A stretch of 64,000 nucleotides of DNA, from positions 8,079 through 72,078 of the forward strand of contig NZ_CAJXTC010000024.1 in the NCBI RefSeq assembly GCF_913060805.1, read 5' to 3'. Position numbers and translations under genes: made by a program. Shown here piece by piece: positions 38,218 through 49,100 of this stretch (its first letter is position 1; the number at the start of each line of letters is the position of its first letter). This DNA is from an uncultured Draconibacterium sp. GTDB taxonomy: Bacteria; Bacteroidota; Bacteroidia; Bacteroidales; Prolixibacteraceae. The notes under the pieces are model-generated. The model saw nothing but the letters and a program-made list of their open reading frames with translations. It had not been told where the DNA came from and searched no databases.

Positions 38218-40326
38218 ATGAATAAAAAATTAATCTTGATTCTCATCATGTTTCCACTTAGCTTTACAGGCTTTGCTCAACGGCAATCACTGAATGTAAT
38301 GCCTTATCCCAATAAGGTTATTGTGGGTGAAGGTGTATTCAGAATAAATTCGGATTTTGCCATATCCCTTTTGGCTGCCGATAATGATAAAACAGCAGCA
38401 GATGCAGCAAATCGCTTTTTAATAAGGTTACGACAAAAAACGCTTGTTTATTTTAATCAGGCGAGGATTGAGTCAGGTAATAATCCGACTAATCCAAATA
38501 TGTCAATTCAAATCAATACAAAAGTTGAGTCTTCAATTTATGCGGATGAATCTTATGAATTGAGCGTAACAACAGGTAGAATAGAGTTAAAGGCGCCAAC
38601 TACGATTGGAACGCTTCGGGGATTGGAAACGTTAATTCAATTGGTAACTGCCGATGAGAACGGCTATTATATCCCGGCAGTTCAAATATCCGATGAGCCC
38701 AGGTTTAAGTGGCGGGGAATGTTGGTTGATGTAGCCCGGCATTTTTTACCCATCGAAATTTTGAAGAAAAATATCGATGCGATGGCTGCCGTAAAACTCA
38801 ATATTCTTCATCTTCACCTTACCGACGATGAAGGTTTCAGAGTGGAATCAAAGCTATACCCAAAACTTCATCAAATGGGTTCGTATGGAAGATATTATAC
38901 TCAAAACGAGTTAACCGACCTGGTTAAATATGCTTCCGAAAGAGGAATTACAATTGTTCCTGAATTTGACCTTCCGGGACATTCGCGCAGCTGGTTTGCC
39001 GGTTATCCCGAGTTAGCGAGTGCGCCTGGCCCTTACAAGCCCGGTCCCCGATTTGTATTCGATGCCGATGCTCCCCGCGAGGAACTGGCAGCGGCTGTAA
39101 ACTCGGCACCAACACCAACTATTGATCCAACCAGGGAAGAGGTTTATGAATTTTTGAGTAATCTGTTTGGCGAGATGACGGACATTTTTCCTTCTCCCTA
39201 TTTTCATATTGGTGCCGACGAGAACAACGGTGCAGCCTGGCGGCAGAATCCCAACATTGCGCAGTTTATGAAGGAAAATAAAATGGAAAATACGCATGAA
39301 TTGCATAGCTACTTTGTGGGGCGGGTATACGATATATTTAAGAAACATAACCGTAAAATGATAGCATATCAGGAGGCTTATTCTGAAGAATTACCTAAAG
39401 ATGTTATTTTTCAGGCCTGGATTGCACAAGGTGGACCAATGCAAGCCGTTCCTCCTCTTGAAATTGCCGAAAAAGGAAATACTGTACTTATTAATACCGG
39501 TTTTTACATCGATCTGTTCTTTCCCTCACATGTGCATTATATAAACCCGGAAATTCCCGCCGAACCAATTGAAAATGTTTGGGGTGGAGAAGTGGCGTTG
39601 TGGTCAGAGCTGGTTGATGAGAACTGTTTTGAAGGAAGAGCATGGCCACGATCAGCGGCTGTGGCTGAACGACTTTGGTCTCCGGCAAGTATCACAGAAA
39701 TTAATGATATGTACAGAAGGCTTTACAAATTGAGTGATGAACTTGAGCAAAATGGTTTAAATCACCGTTTGAATGCAAGAAGATGGTTGTCAGTTATGGC
39801 TAACGGAACCTCTCTGGATGCTCCTTATACCATTTTTGAGATTTTAGCTCCTTTCCAGGGGTATAGAAGGTTGGCAACGACAATGATGCAACCGGCCAGT
39901 TATACCTACGAAACTGTACCACTGGTTAATTTGCCTGATATGGTTGACGTGGATTCAGAAGTGGAATGGAAATTCAGAGAACAAGTTGAAATTTATCTGA
40001 ATGAAAAGGAGCCAAAGGCAAAATGGGAAATTGAAAATCAACTGAAGAAATGGAAAGATGCCTCAGTACAACTTAAAAAACAAGTTGGACAGGCTCCAAA
40101 CCTGAAAATACTTAATGCGTACACAGATAGGATTATCAAAGCAAGTGATATTGGTTTGATGGCATTGAAAGTGAATCTAAGTGAAACAAAAAAAGAGGAA
40201 GCATTGCAACAACTAAAATCTATGAAGTTAAGAACGGATGTAGTTGAAATAAGAATCCTTGATGAGATAGAAGCTTTAGTGACTGGCAAACTCACAGAAT
40301 TATCAACAGAGTATAAAATGTATTAA
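38218..40326 (+). CDS. Beta-N-acetylhexosaminidase (GH20)
   Basis: The start is moved to the ATG at 38218 (MNKKLILILIMF signal peptide). Motifs are RFKWRGMLVDVARHF, LNILHLHLTDDEGFR (catalytic D-E) and FHIGADE. Confidence 0.85.
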   Translation: MNKKLILILIMFPLSFTGFAQRQSLNVMPYPNKVIVGEGVFRINSDFAISLLAADNDKTAADAANRFLIRLRQKTLVYFNQARIESGNNPTNPNMSIQINTKVESSIYADESYELSVTTGRIELKAPTTIGTLRGLETLIQLVTADENGYYIPAVQISDEPRFKWRGMLVDVARHFLPIEILKKNIDAMAAVKLNILHLHLTDDEGFRVESKLYPKLHQMGSYGRYYTQNELTDLVKYASERGITIVPEFDLPGHSRSWFAGYPELASAPGPYKPGPRFVFDADAPREELAAAVNSAPTPTIDPTREEVYEFLSNLFGEMTDIFPSPYFHIGADENNGAAWRQNPNIAQFMKENKMENTHELHSYFVGRVYDIFKKHNRKMIAYQEAYSEELPKDVIFQAWIAQGGPMQAVPPLEIAEKGNTVLINTGFYIDLFFPSHVHYINPEIPAEPIENVWGGEVALWSELVDENCFEGRAWPRSAAVAERLWSPASITEINDMYRRLYKLSDELEQNGLNHRLNARRWLSVMANGTSLDAPYTIFEILAPFQGYRRLATTMMQPASYTYETVPLVNLPDMVDVDSEVEWKFREQVEIYLNEKEPKAKWEIENQLKKWKDASVQLKKQVGQAPNLKILNAYTDRIIKASDIGLMALKVNLSETKKEEALQQLKSMKLRTDVVEIRILDEIEALVTGKLTELSTEYKMY

Positions 40327-40358
40327 ACCTAAAACATCAACATTTAATCAAACTAATT

Positions 40359-42491
40359 ATGAATTTTAAAATACAAACATTATTCTATCTGTTTTTAATG
40401 GCAGTAGCCTTAAATATTGAAGCACAGGAAATAAGCTCCGTGTCGACAAACGGTTATGAAACAGAAGATGAACTGTTTAGTGAACCCTATATCGACAGAA
40501 ATGAATGGCGAGATACTCCAATCGGGCACCATTATGTGCACGGGGGGTTTGAAGGAACCAATACCAAATTCTCCTTTTATTTTCCCGTAAAAGAGAAATA
40601 CGATGGTCGCTTTTTTCAATACATAACACCAATTCCAGATAATGAAAATCTTTCTCAGAATGCGCCTACTCGCGAATCGGATAAAATCAGTTTCGCCATT
40701 GAGAGCGGTGCCTACTTTATTGAAACAAATGGTGGCGGCCCGTTGGACTTTTCAAATCCGATGGCAAACGATGCTACCATCGGGGCATATCGTGCGAACG
40801 CTGCGTGTGCCCAATTTTCAAGAGTAGTTGCCAAACAGCTTTATGGAGGTGAACGTCCGTATGGATATGCATTTGGAGGTAGCGGCGGTTCTTTGCGTAC
40901 CATTGGCAGTATCGAAAATACATCGGGAGTTTGGGATGGTGTAGTTCCATATGTGATGCCAACTCCTATGTCAATCCCAAATTCTTTTACAGCTGGAATG
41001 TTGGCTGGCAGGGTACTCAAAAACAAAACATCAGAAATTGTAGATGCTTTGGCAGCAGGAAGCGAAAAAAGTGTTTACGATGTGCTGGAAACTGCTGAGG
41101 AAATTGCAGCATACTATGAAATAACGGCGTTTGGTTTTCCTCCAGGAGCATGGCGAACAGGCCAATCAGAGGGGGCCGGATTGGGAGCTTTTGCCTTGAT
41201 TCTCCCCACAATATTACAAATGGATCCGGGGTATTTTACCGATTTCTGGACTAAACCGGGTTATGCTGGTTATAATCCATCGGAATCCTTAAAAAAAGAT
41301 CGTGTTCAGTTAGTCTCAAAAGTTGAGAAGATAATATCCGCAGAAGAAGCCATGGAAATGGGGCTGGAATATGATCCGTTTGGTGAAGAATCAAGAGGAC
41401 TGGCAGCCAATGCATGGAAAGGATTAATTCAAAAAGATGCGTCGGGAAATATACCAGTTGCGATTCAACTGAAAGCAGTACCGGAGAACAAGACTGGTTC
41501 CTATGACTTGATTGTAAACAGTGGAGTTGTCAAAGGTCAAAAACTAAATATTCAGTGGATAGACGGCAATATTGTGATATTAACGGTGGGAAACAATGAG
41601 GCAGCCAAAAAGTTGAAAGTTGGCGATGAATTAAAATTTGATAATTCAAATCTATTGGCCGTTTCTTATTACCATCGCCATCAGGTTCCTGGAGATGAAT
41701 ACTATGTTTACGATCAATACAAAGATGCAAATGGAAAGCCGATTTATCCACAACGTCCGATGTTGCTGGCTCCGATGTTTGCTGCTGCTGCGTCAGGATC
41801 TGTTCCTTCCGGTAAATTTGAAGGAAGAATGATTGTTGTTCAGAATATGAACGATGGAGGTGCGCTTCCGTGGCATGCCGACTGGATGAAAAGTAGAGTA
41901 AAAGAAAATCTGGGAGACGAGCTGGATGACCATTTCTGTATCATGTTTACTGAACATGCCAATCACGGAGATTATCCTTCACAACCTGATCCAACTCACG
42001 ACATTGTATACCTCGGGGTTTTACACCAGGCATTACGCGATTTAAGCGCTTGGGTGGAGGATGGGATTAAGCCCATGGGTACCAACTATGAGGTAGAAAA
42101 CGGACAGGTAATTTTACCGGAAAAAGCAAATAAACGCGGAGGTATTCAACCTGTAATCAAGGTTAAAGCTAACGGAAAAGAGCGCACTGAGATAAAGGCC
42201 GGTGAAACAGTAACCCTGGAGGCAATTATAGAAGTTCCAAAAAATGCAGGGAAAGTGGTTCTGGCAGAATGGAATTTTGAGGGTGGAAAGGAGTTTGTTG
42301 CCGTTGATAACATTGTCCGCTATTACACAAATTCATCGGGTACAAAAGCAAAGGTTCGGACAACCTACACCTATAAATCCCCCGGAACATATTTCCCGAC
42401 CCTGCAAGGAGGATCGGAACGCTCAGGTAATTTGGAAACACCTTTCGCTGTAATTAAAAACCTGGGCAGTGCGAGAGTAATTGTTAAATAG
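40359..42491 (+). CDS. Secreted 710-aa protein of unknown function, predicted large-lid alpha/beta-hydrolase (paralog A)
   Basis: It has a signal peptide and a G-G-S-G-G nucleophile-elbow-like motif (Ser175, codon agc 40881-40883). Candidate Asp is in VVQNMNDG and candidate His in FTEHANHG. A C-terminal Ig-like domain is present. By eye it is roughly half identical to the next gene. Confidence 0.45.
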   Translation: MNFKIQTLFYLFLMAVALNIEAQEISSVSTNGYETEDELFSEPYIDRNEWRDTPIGHHYVHGGFEGTNTKFSFYFPVKEKYDGRFFQYITPIPDNENLSQNAPTRESDKISFAIESGAYFIETNGGGPLDFSNPMANDATIGAYRANAACAQFSRVVAKQLYGGERPYGYAFGGSGGSLRTIGSIENTSGVWDGVVPYVMPTPMSIPNSFTAGMLAGRVLKNKTSEIVDALAAGSEKSVYDVLETAEEIAAYYEITAFGFPPGAWRTGQSEGAGLGAFALILPTILQMDPGYFTDFWTKPGYAGYNPSESLKKDRVQLVSKVEKIISAEEAMEMGLEYDPFGEESRGLAANAWKGLIQKDASGNIPVAIQLKAVPENKTGSYDLIVNSGVVKGQKLNIQWIDGNIVILTVGNNEAAKKLKVGDELKFDNSNLLAVSYYHRHQVPGDEYYVYDQYKDANGKPIYPQRPMLLAPMFAAAASGSVPSGKFEGRMIVVQNMNDGGALPWHADWMKSRVKENLGDELDDHFCIMFTEHANHGDYPSQPDPTHDIVYLGVLHQALRDLSAWVEDGIKPMGTNYEVENGQVILPEKANKRGGIQPVIKVKANGKERTEIKAGETVTLEAIIEVPKNAGKVVLAEWNFEGGKEFVAVDNIVRYYTNSSGTKAKVRTTYTYKSPGTYFPTLQGGSERSGNLETPFAVIKNLGSARVIVK

Positions 42492-42505
42492 ATATAGAAG
42501 ATCAC

Positions 42506-44638
42506 ATGAAAAAAACAAAATTTGTCAGTTATTACATCGTATTATGTTTCTTTCTTACAGGAACATTTAAAGCGCTGGCTCAAAACCAATCATCCCTGCT
42601 GGGAACTGATTTTGCAAAAGATTTTACATTGCAGGACACGCTTTTTAAAAAGCCTTTTATTGATATAGATGAGTGGCGGGAAAAGCCGGTGAAACATCGA
42701 TATGTTCATGGAGGTTTTGATGACGGGACACGCTTTTCATTTTATTATCCTGAAAAGGAAGATTACACCGGTCGTTTTTTCCAATACATAACGCCTTTCC
42801 CCGATAGCGAAACATCGGCACAGGCGCATCCCGGAGATGTCGGCCCTATTGGTTTTAGTATTTCGCATGGGGCATATTTTGTGGAAACTAACGAAGGTGG
42901 AAAAATTGACTTTGCCGATCCTTCCACATTTAGAGATCCTTCAATTGGTGCATATCGGGCTAATGCTGCATGTGCAGAGCTATCGCGACATATCGCAAAA
43001 ATAATTTACGATTGCGATCGTCCCTATGGATACTGCTTTGGAGGTAGCGGAGGAGCATTCAGAACGATAGGCGGAATGGAAAATACCGATGGGATTTGGG
43101 ATGGAGCTGTTCCTTTTGTTATGGGTTCTCCCAATGCCATTCCCAATGTATTTGCAGTTCGCATGTATGCTTTACGAATTCTAAAAGATAAAATGGCCGA
43201 CATAGTGGATGCATTAAGGCCAGGCGGAAGTGGTGACCCTTATGCAACCTTAACTGTAGAACAGCGCCAGGTACTGCAGGAGTGTACGCGAATGGGATTT
43301 CCGATTAAATCGTGGTATGGATGGGAGTACATGGATGCACATGGTTTTTTGGTGTTATATAAAAGTATTGTGGCAATGGATGAGAAATATTTCCATGAAG
43401 ACTTTTGGAATAAACCGGGGTACTTGGGTTATGATAATCCGGCTTCATTGCAACGCGATCGCGTGCAAACCAAGGGAGTTGTCAAGCAAATTATTGGTCA
43501 AACAGAAGCCGAGGAGCTGGAACTTGTAAAACCGCTTTCGGAGGCTGATCGTGGAACGGCTGACCGTGCTTGGGCCAGCATGGGCTCCGAAATTGAAGAT
43601 AAACCTGTTGTTTATCAAATTGATGTTGATGTTAAAGATATTGGCATGGGAGGAGATCTTTTTATTCTTTCTGGTGAAGGAAAAGGGCAGGTTCTACAAA
43701 TTACCGCAACCAATGGAAAATATGTGGTTTTGGCTCCTGTAAATGAACCTCATTTACTAACCTATTTGCATGTAGGTGATTCTATTCAGGTTGATAATTC
43801 TGATTTCCTCGCGGTTGAAACGTATTATCGCCATCAGATGCCTACACCTGATTATTATGTCTGGAATCAATTTCGAGGATACAACGATGTGCCAATTTAC
43901 CCACAGCGTCCTTTTTTGGTAGGACCCATGATAACAATGGGAGCTTCTGGAACCGTTCCAGAAGGAAAGATCAATGGCAAAATGATTCTATGCTGTTCAG
44001 TATGGGATCGCGAAGCTTTTGCGTGGCAGGGCGATTGGTACAGAAACAAAGTAAAGCAACATCTTGGAGATAAAACTGACAATAACTTTCGCCTATGGTA
44101 CACTGACAGGGCGACGCATGGCGAAGTTGATGACCCAACCGAAGTGGTTTCATATCAGTCGACCCTTTATCAAGCTTTGCTTGATGTGAGTGCCTGGGTT
44201 GAAAAAGGGAATGCACCATCAAAGACATCAGCCTATAAAATTGAGAATGGCCAGGTGCAGTTATTACATAACGGGAAAAAACGCGGAGGAGTACAACCTG
44301 TTCCTTATGCAACTATTGATGGGAAGGAGCGTGTTGAAGCTAAAGTGGGTGAAGAGGTTAGTATTCATGTAGTTGTTGAGGCCCCAGAAAACACTGGAAG
44401 GATAGTGGCAGCAGAGTGGTGTCTTGATGACTCAAAACAATTCACATCTCCGGTTGATTTAAGTAAAGCTGCTTTTAGTGATGGTGGTAGCCGGATCGAG
44501 TTTGAGAAGGTGGTAAGTTTTGAGGAGACTGGAACTTATTTTCCAACAGTTCGTGTTGCTTTGCAACGCGAAGGTGATATTGAAGCTTTGTACACCAAAA
44601 TTCAAAACCTTGGAAAAGTTAGGGTGGTTGTGAAGTAG
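42506..44638 (+). CDS. Secreted 710-aa protein of unknown function, predicted large-lid alpha/beta-hydrolase (paralog B)
   Basis: It has the same length and architecture as paralog A: GGSGG (Ser181, codon agc 43046-43048), CSVWDRE, YTDRATHG, and shared blocks HxYVHGGF, GRFFQYITP, IGAYRANAACA, RPYGY.FGGSGG and YYRHQ.P. Confidence 0.45.
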   Translation: MKKTKFVSYYIVLCFFLTGTFKALAQNQSSLLGTDFAKDFTLQDTLFKKPFIDIDEWREKPVKHRYVHGGFDDGTRFSFYYPEKEDYTGRFFQYITPFPDSETSAQAHPGDVGPIGFSISHGAYFVETNEGGKIDFADPSTFRDPSIGAYRANAACAELSRHIAKIIYDCDRPYGYCFGGSGGAFRTIGGMENTDGIWDGAVPFVMGSPNAIPNVFAVRMYALRILKDKMADIVDALRPGGSGDPYATLTVEQRQVLQECTRMGFPIKSWYGWEYMDAHGFLVLYKSIVAMDEKYFHEDFWNKPGYLGYDNPASLQRDRVQTKGVVKQIIGQTEAEELELVKPLSEADRGTADRAWASMGSEIEDKPVVYQIDVDVKDIGMGGDLFILSGEGKGQVLQITATNGKYVVLAPVNEPHLLTYLHVGDSIQVDNSDFLAVETYYRHQMPTPDYYVWNQFRGYNDVPIYPQRPFLVGPMITMGASGTVPEGKINGKMILCCSVWDREAFAWQGDWYRNKVKQHLGDKTDNNFRLWYTDRATHGEVDDPTEVVSYQSTLYQALLDVSAWVEKGNAPSKTSAYKIENGQVQLLHNGKKRGGVQPVPYATIDGKERVEAKVGEEVSIHVVVEAPENTGRIVAAEWCLDDSKQFTSPVDLSKAAFSDGGSRIEFEKVVSFEETGTYFPTVRVALQREGDIEALYTKIQNLGKVRVVVK

Positions 44639-44682
44639 TTGGTAGCTGACCACATAGGTACAGAAAAAATAATTTAAGAACT

Positions 44683-46110
44683 ATGTATAGAAATGTAAAA
44701 TTCATTCTAAATCTCGCAATAGCTATTCTGATAAGTAGCAATGTGTCTGCTGGGCAAATCGAAAAACCCCGGGTAATAGTAATGACAGATGGCGAAGTGG
44801 ATGACCGTAGTTCAATGGTTAGGTTTCTGCTTTATACAAACGACATTGATTTAGAGGCTATTATTCAAACCAATTCTGTTTATCAAAAGATAGGATGGAG
44901 TTCGATCGGATGGCTCGAAGAACAAATCAATGCTTACGAAAAGGTTTACTCAAATTTAAAAATACACGATTTATCTTACCCTGCTCCTGATGTATTAAAG
45001 AGTATGATCTATGTGGGCGATGAGGATTCTTCGCATATAGTTGTTGACCCATATTCCAGCCGACGTATCCCGGGTATGGAACCGCTTATCAATCCTTCAA
45101 ATTGGAATGATACACCAGGTTCAGATCGAATCGTGGAAGTTTTACTGGATGATGATCCCAGACCGGTCTTTATCCAAGCCTGGGGAGGAGGTAACACAGC
45201 TGCACGCGCTTTTTATAAATTAAAGACTCAATATCCTAAAGATTACTCCAGAGCCATTTCTAAAGTTATTATGTATAATATTTGGTATCAGGATGGAGCC
45301 GGTAGCTACATCGAAAAGGCCCATCCGGAAGTAACTATGCTGCTCTGTCACTATTTCGATGGTACCTGGGCCTATGGTAGTATGGCTTTTACAGGTTCTT
45401 TTGTCGATGATGATGTGAAAAATGGTCATGGATCGTTAGGTGCACTTTATCCCCAGGATTACATTAGTGAAGGTGATTCACCTGCATTCTTATACACGTT
45501 GGGTAATGGATTAAGAGGTTACGAAGATCCAACCTGGGGTGGATGGGGAGGTCAGTTTTATAAAGTTGAAGGTTGCAAAAATGTGTATCGTGACGTGGAT
45601 AGAGGTTCATACCTGAGGTGGATTGAATATGTGAATCGGGATTTTAAGAACCGCCTGGATTGGTGCGTATCTGAATCTTTTGAAGAAGCAAACCATCGAC
45701 CAGAGATTGAAATTATCGGTGACCTTGACCGGACAGTCAAGTCAGGAGATCTGGTTGAGATAGATGCTCGCATCAGCGACCCCGACCCATTAAATGTGGA
45801 TTTACTTTGGGAACAGTATGCTGATGTATACAAACAGTTGGGAATGGATAAGGAGAGATTTGCAGCTTATGCACAAACCTGGCCCAAAGCTGTTCCTCTT
45901 TGGTGGCAATTCAAAGATGCCGGTACATATAACGGGATGGTTAAAATTTCTGATCCTGAAAAAAATAAAATTCAATTTGTTGCACCAGATGTTAAGGAAG
46001 CAAAAACCATTCATTTGATTTTAGAAGTAAAGGATCAGGGGGCACAGGCCTTGACCTCATTTGCACGGGTTGTTATAACTGTCTTACCATCTAATACTGA
46101 ACGAAAATAG
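44683..46110 (+). CDS. DUF1593 (nucleoside-hydrolase-like domain) protein with C-terminal Ig-like domain
   Basis: 475 aa with a signal peptide. RVIVMTDGEVDDRSSMVRFLLYTNDIDLEAIIQTNS is the characteristic DUF1593 N-terminal motif. Confidence 0.65.
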   Translation: MYRNVKFILNLAIAILISSNVSAGQIEKPRVIVMTDGEVDDRSSMVRFLLYTNDIDLEAIIQTNSVYQKIGWSSIGWLEEQINAYEKVYSNLKIHDLSYPAPDVLKSMIYVGDEDSSHIVVDPYSSRRIPGMEPLINPSNWNDTPGSDRIVEVLLDDDPRPVFIQAWGGGNTAARAFYKLKTQYPKDYSRAISKVIMYNIWYQDGAGSYIEKAHPEVTMLLCHYFDGTWAYGSMAFTGSFVDDDVKNGHGSLGALYPQDYISEGDSPAFLYTLGNGLRGYEDPTWGGWGGQFYKVEGCKNVYRDVDRGSYLRWIEYVNRDFKNRLDWCVSESFEEANHRPEIEIIGDLDRTVKSGDLVEIDARISDPDPLNVDLLWEQYADVYKQLGMDKERFAAYAQTWPKAVPLWWQFKDAGTYNGMVKISDPEKNKIQFVAPDVKEAKTIHLILEVKDQGAQALTSFARVVITVLPSNTERK

Positions 46111-46118
46111 CAAAAGTC

Positions 46119-49100
46119 ATGAGTGCGAAACGCCTTTTCTTCTTATTATTAATAGTTGTTTCAATGATCTCCTGTTCGAAGAATAACACAGGGTCTAGTG
46201 AATTATATGAACAATTTAAAAAACCAGGGAAAGAAGCTCGCCCCAGAGTTTGGTGGCATTGGATGAATGGAAATGTTACTAAAGACGGTATCCAAAAAGA
46301 TTTACTTTGGATGAAACGAAGCGGAATCGGTGGCTTTCAGAATTTCGATGCCGGGATGATGATGCCTCAGGTGGTTGAAAAAAGGCTCACATACATGACG
46401 CCGGAGTGGAAAGACGCCTTTAGGTATGCTACTCATTTGGCCGATTCTCTGGATTTGGAAATGGCAATTGCCGGTTCGCCGGGATGGAGCCAAACTGGTG
46501 GTCCCTGGGTCCCAGCCAAAGATGGTATGAAAAAGCTTGTTTGGCGCGATATTCGTGTGATCGGAGGTCATAAATTTGAAGGGGAATTGCCTGAACCTTA
46601 TACAAATTCTGGAACATTTCAAAACATATCCTTAGCAGACGACGCAACCGCTTTTACATCAGACGGAGAACAAGCTCAGGAATATTATGATGACATCGCT
46701 GTTATAGCTTATAAACTTCCTGTAAAAGATATAAATCTGGCAGAATTAAATCCTGAAGTAACTTCAAGCGGAGGTCGTTTTTCGTTAGCTCAGTTAACAG
46801 ATGGAGATTTAGCAAAAACAAATCTTTTGCCTGTATATCAAAAAGGCGACTACGGCTGGATTCAATTCAAATTCAATCAATCCCAAACCGTCAAATCGAT
46901 TACATTAGTTGGAGGTGGACTAAGAGATCAGTGGGGTGCTGTTCCTCCTGCCAATACGCGCAATCTTCAAGTCAGCGAAGACGGAGTCGTTTTTCGAGAT
47001 CTTTGCCAACTTCCTTTAGGTGGAGTTGCACAACAAACTATAAATATCCCCGAAACAACGAGCAGATATTTTAGGATCAACTTTAAAAATCCAACATCCT
47101 CTCCATATGCATCCATCGAGGCTTTATTCGGAGGACAAGTATCAGAGGTGAAGGGTACCGAAATCGCCGAAATTGTTTTGCATCCGGTTACACGTATCAA
47201 TCATACTGAAGAGAAAGCAGGTTTTGCTGCCGCATTCGATTTGGAAGAAAATCCAACCCCAGCGACCTCCGATGTCGTGGATCTGAACACCGTAATTAAT
47301 CTTACCGACAAGGTTGACGAGAATGGAGTGTTGCAATGGGATGTTCCAGATGGTGCCTGGAAGATAGTTCGGTTCGGGTATTCACTCACCGGAAAAATAA
47401 ATCATCCGGCTTCGCCGGAGGCAACAGGTCTGGAAGTGGATAAGATTGATGCTCGTGCTGTTCGGGATTATTTCAACAATTATCTTGACCAATATAAGGA
47501 CGCTACGGGAGGCTTAATGGGAGATAAAGGTCTGGAATACATTATCACAGATAGTTATGAAGCTGGCCAGATGACCTGGACACCGGCGATGGAACAGGAA
47601 TTTGCAACAAGAAGAGGATATAGTCTGCTTCCATGGATGCCTGTTTTAACAGGGCAAATTATAAAAAGCACAGAAGCTAGTGAGCAGTTTTTGTGGGATT
47701 GGCGGAAAACCATTGGTGAAATGATTGCCGAATTCCATTACGACCAGCTAACCGATATTCTGGATGAACGGGGAATGTCTCGCTATACCGAATCGCACGA
47801 AAACGGACGACTTTATTTGGTTGATGGAATGGATGCCAAACGCAAAGCAGCAGTACCCATGTCGGCAATGTGGATTTCCAGTGGGGCCGGATCTACGCCG
47901 GAAATGGCTCAGGCTGATATTCGCGAATCCGCTTCTGTTGCGCATATCTACGGACAAAACCTGGTCGCAGCTGAATCGCTGACTGCCATGGGCTTGATGG
48001 GGAATGCCTGGTCATACTGTCCCGAAAACCTGAAAGCAACTGCAGATATGGAGCTTGCCAATGGCTTAAACCGGTTTGTTATACATACTTCGGTCCATCA
48101 ACCAATTGACGATAAAATACCTGGTCTAGGATTAATGATATTTGGCCAGTGGTTTAACCGTCACGAAACCTGGGCTGAACAAGCCAAAGCGTGGACCGAT
48201 TACCTGGCGCGTAGTTCGTACTTGTTACAGCAAGGCCAGTTCGTAGCCGATATTGTCTATTACTATGGAGAAGACAATAATATTACAGGCCTATTTGGTC
48301 ACCAGCTTCCCGCAATCCCCAACGGATATAATTTCGACTTTATAAATACGGATGCACTGAATAATCTTCTTGAGGTAAAAGACGGAAATCTGGTTACTCC
48401 AAGTGGAATGAATTACAAAATATTGGTGTTGGACGAAAATTGTAAAAGAATGTCGCTGGCGGTATTGCGCAAATTGAATAAACTGGCATGTGAAGGGGCA
48501 GTCATTGTTGGAAAACGACCTGAGTTTAAAGCCGGCCTACAGGGAGACAACGAGGAATTCAATCGACTTGTGAATGATGTTTGGAATTCGGGAAAAGTCA
48601 ATGTTCGCGAAAGCGAAAGCATGGAACAGGTGCTGAATTCATTAAGTATTAAACCTGATTTTACATACACCTCAGATGATAAGGTTGAACTGTTGAATGT
48701 GCACCGAAAAGTTGGGGATGCAGACATATACTGGGTGAATAGCCGAAGTGGTCAAAGTGAAACTGTAAATGCAACATTTCGGGTCACCGGTAAAAAGCCT
48801 GAGATTTGGCATCCGGAAACAGGAGATAAAGAAGACGCATCCTTCGTTATTGAAAAAGGTACAACTACTGTCAAATTGGATTTAAGTCCTAATGATGCTG
48901 TTTTTGTTGTTTTCGGAGAACCATCAAAAGTGAATAAAGTTGAACTTCCTGAAAAACAAGAAAAAGAAGTTCATGCGGTGGAAGGCCAGTGGAATGTTGT
49001 ATTCCAATCAGGAAGAGGAGCCCCTGCATACTCAACTTTCAATAAGCTTGAATCCTATACTGAAAATTCAAATGAAGGTATAAAATACTTCTCTGGAACC

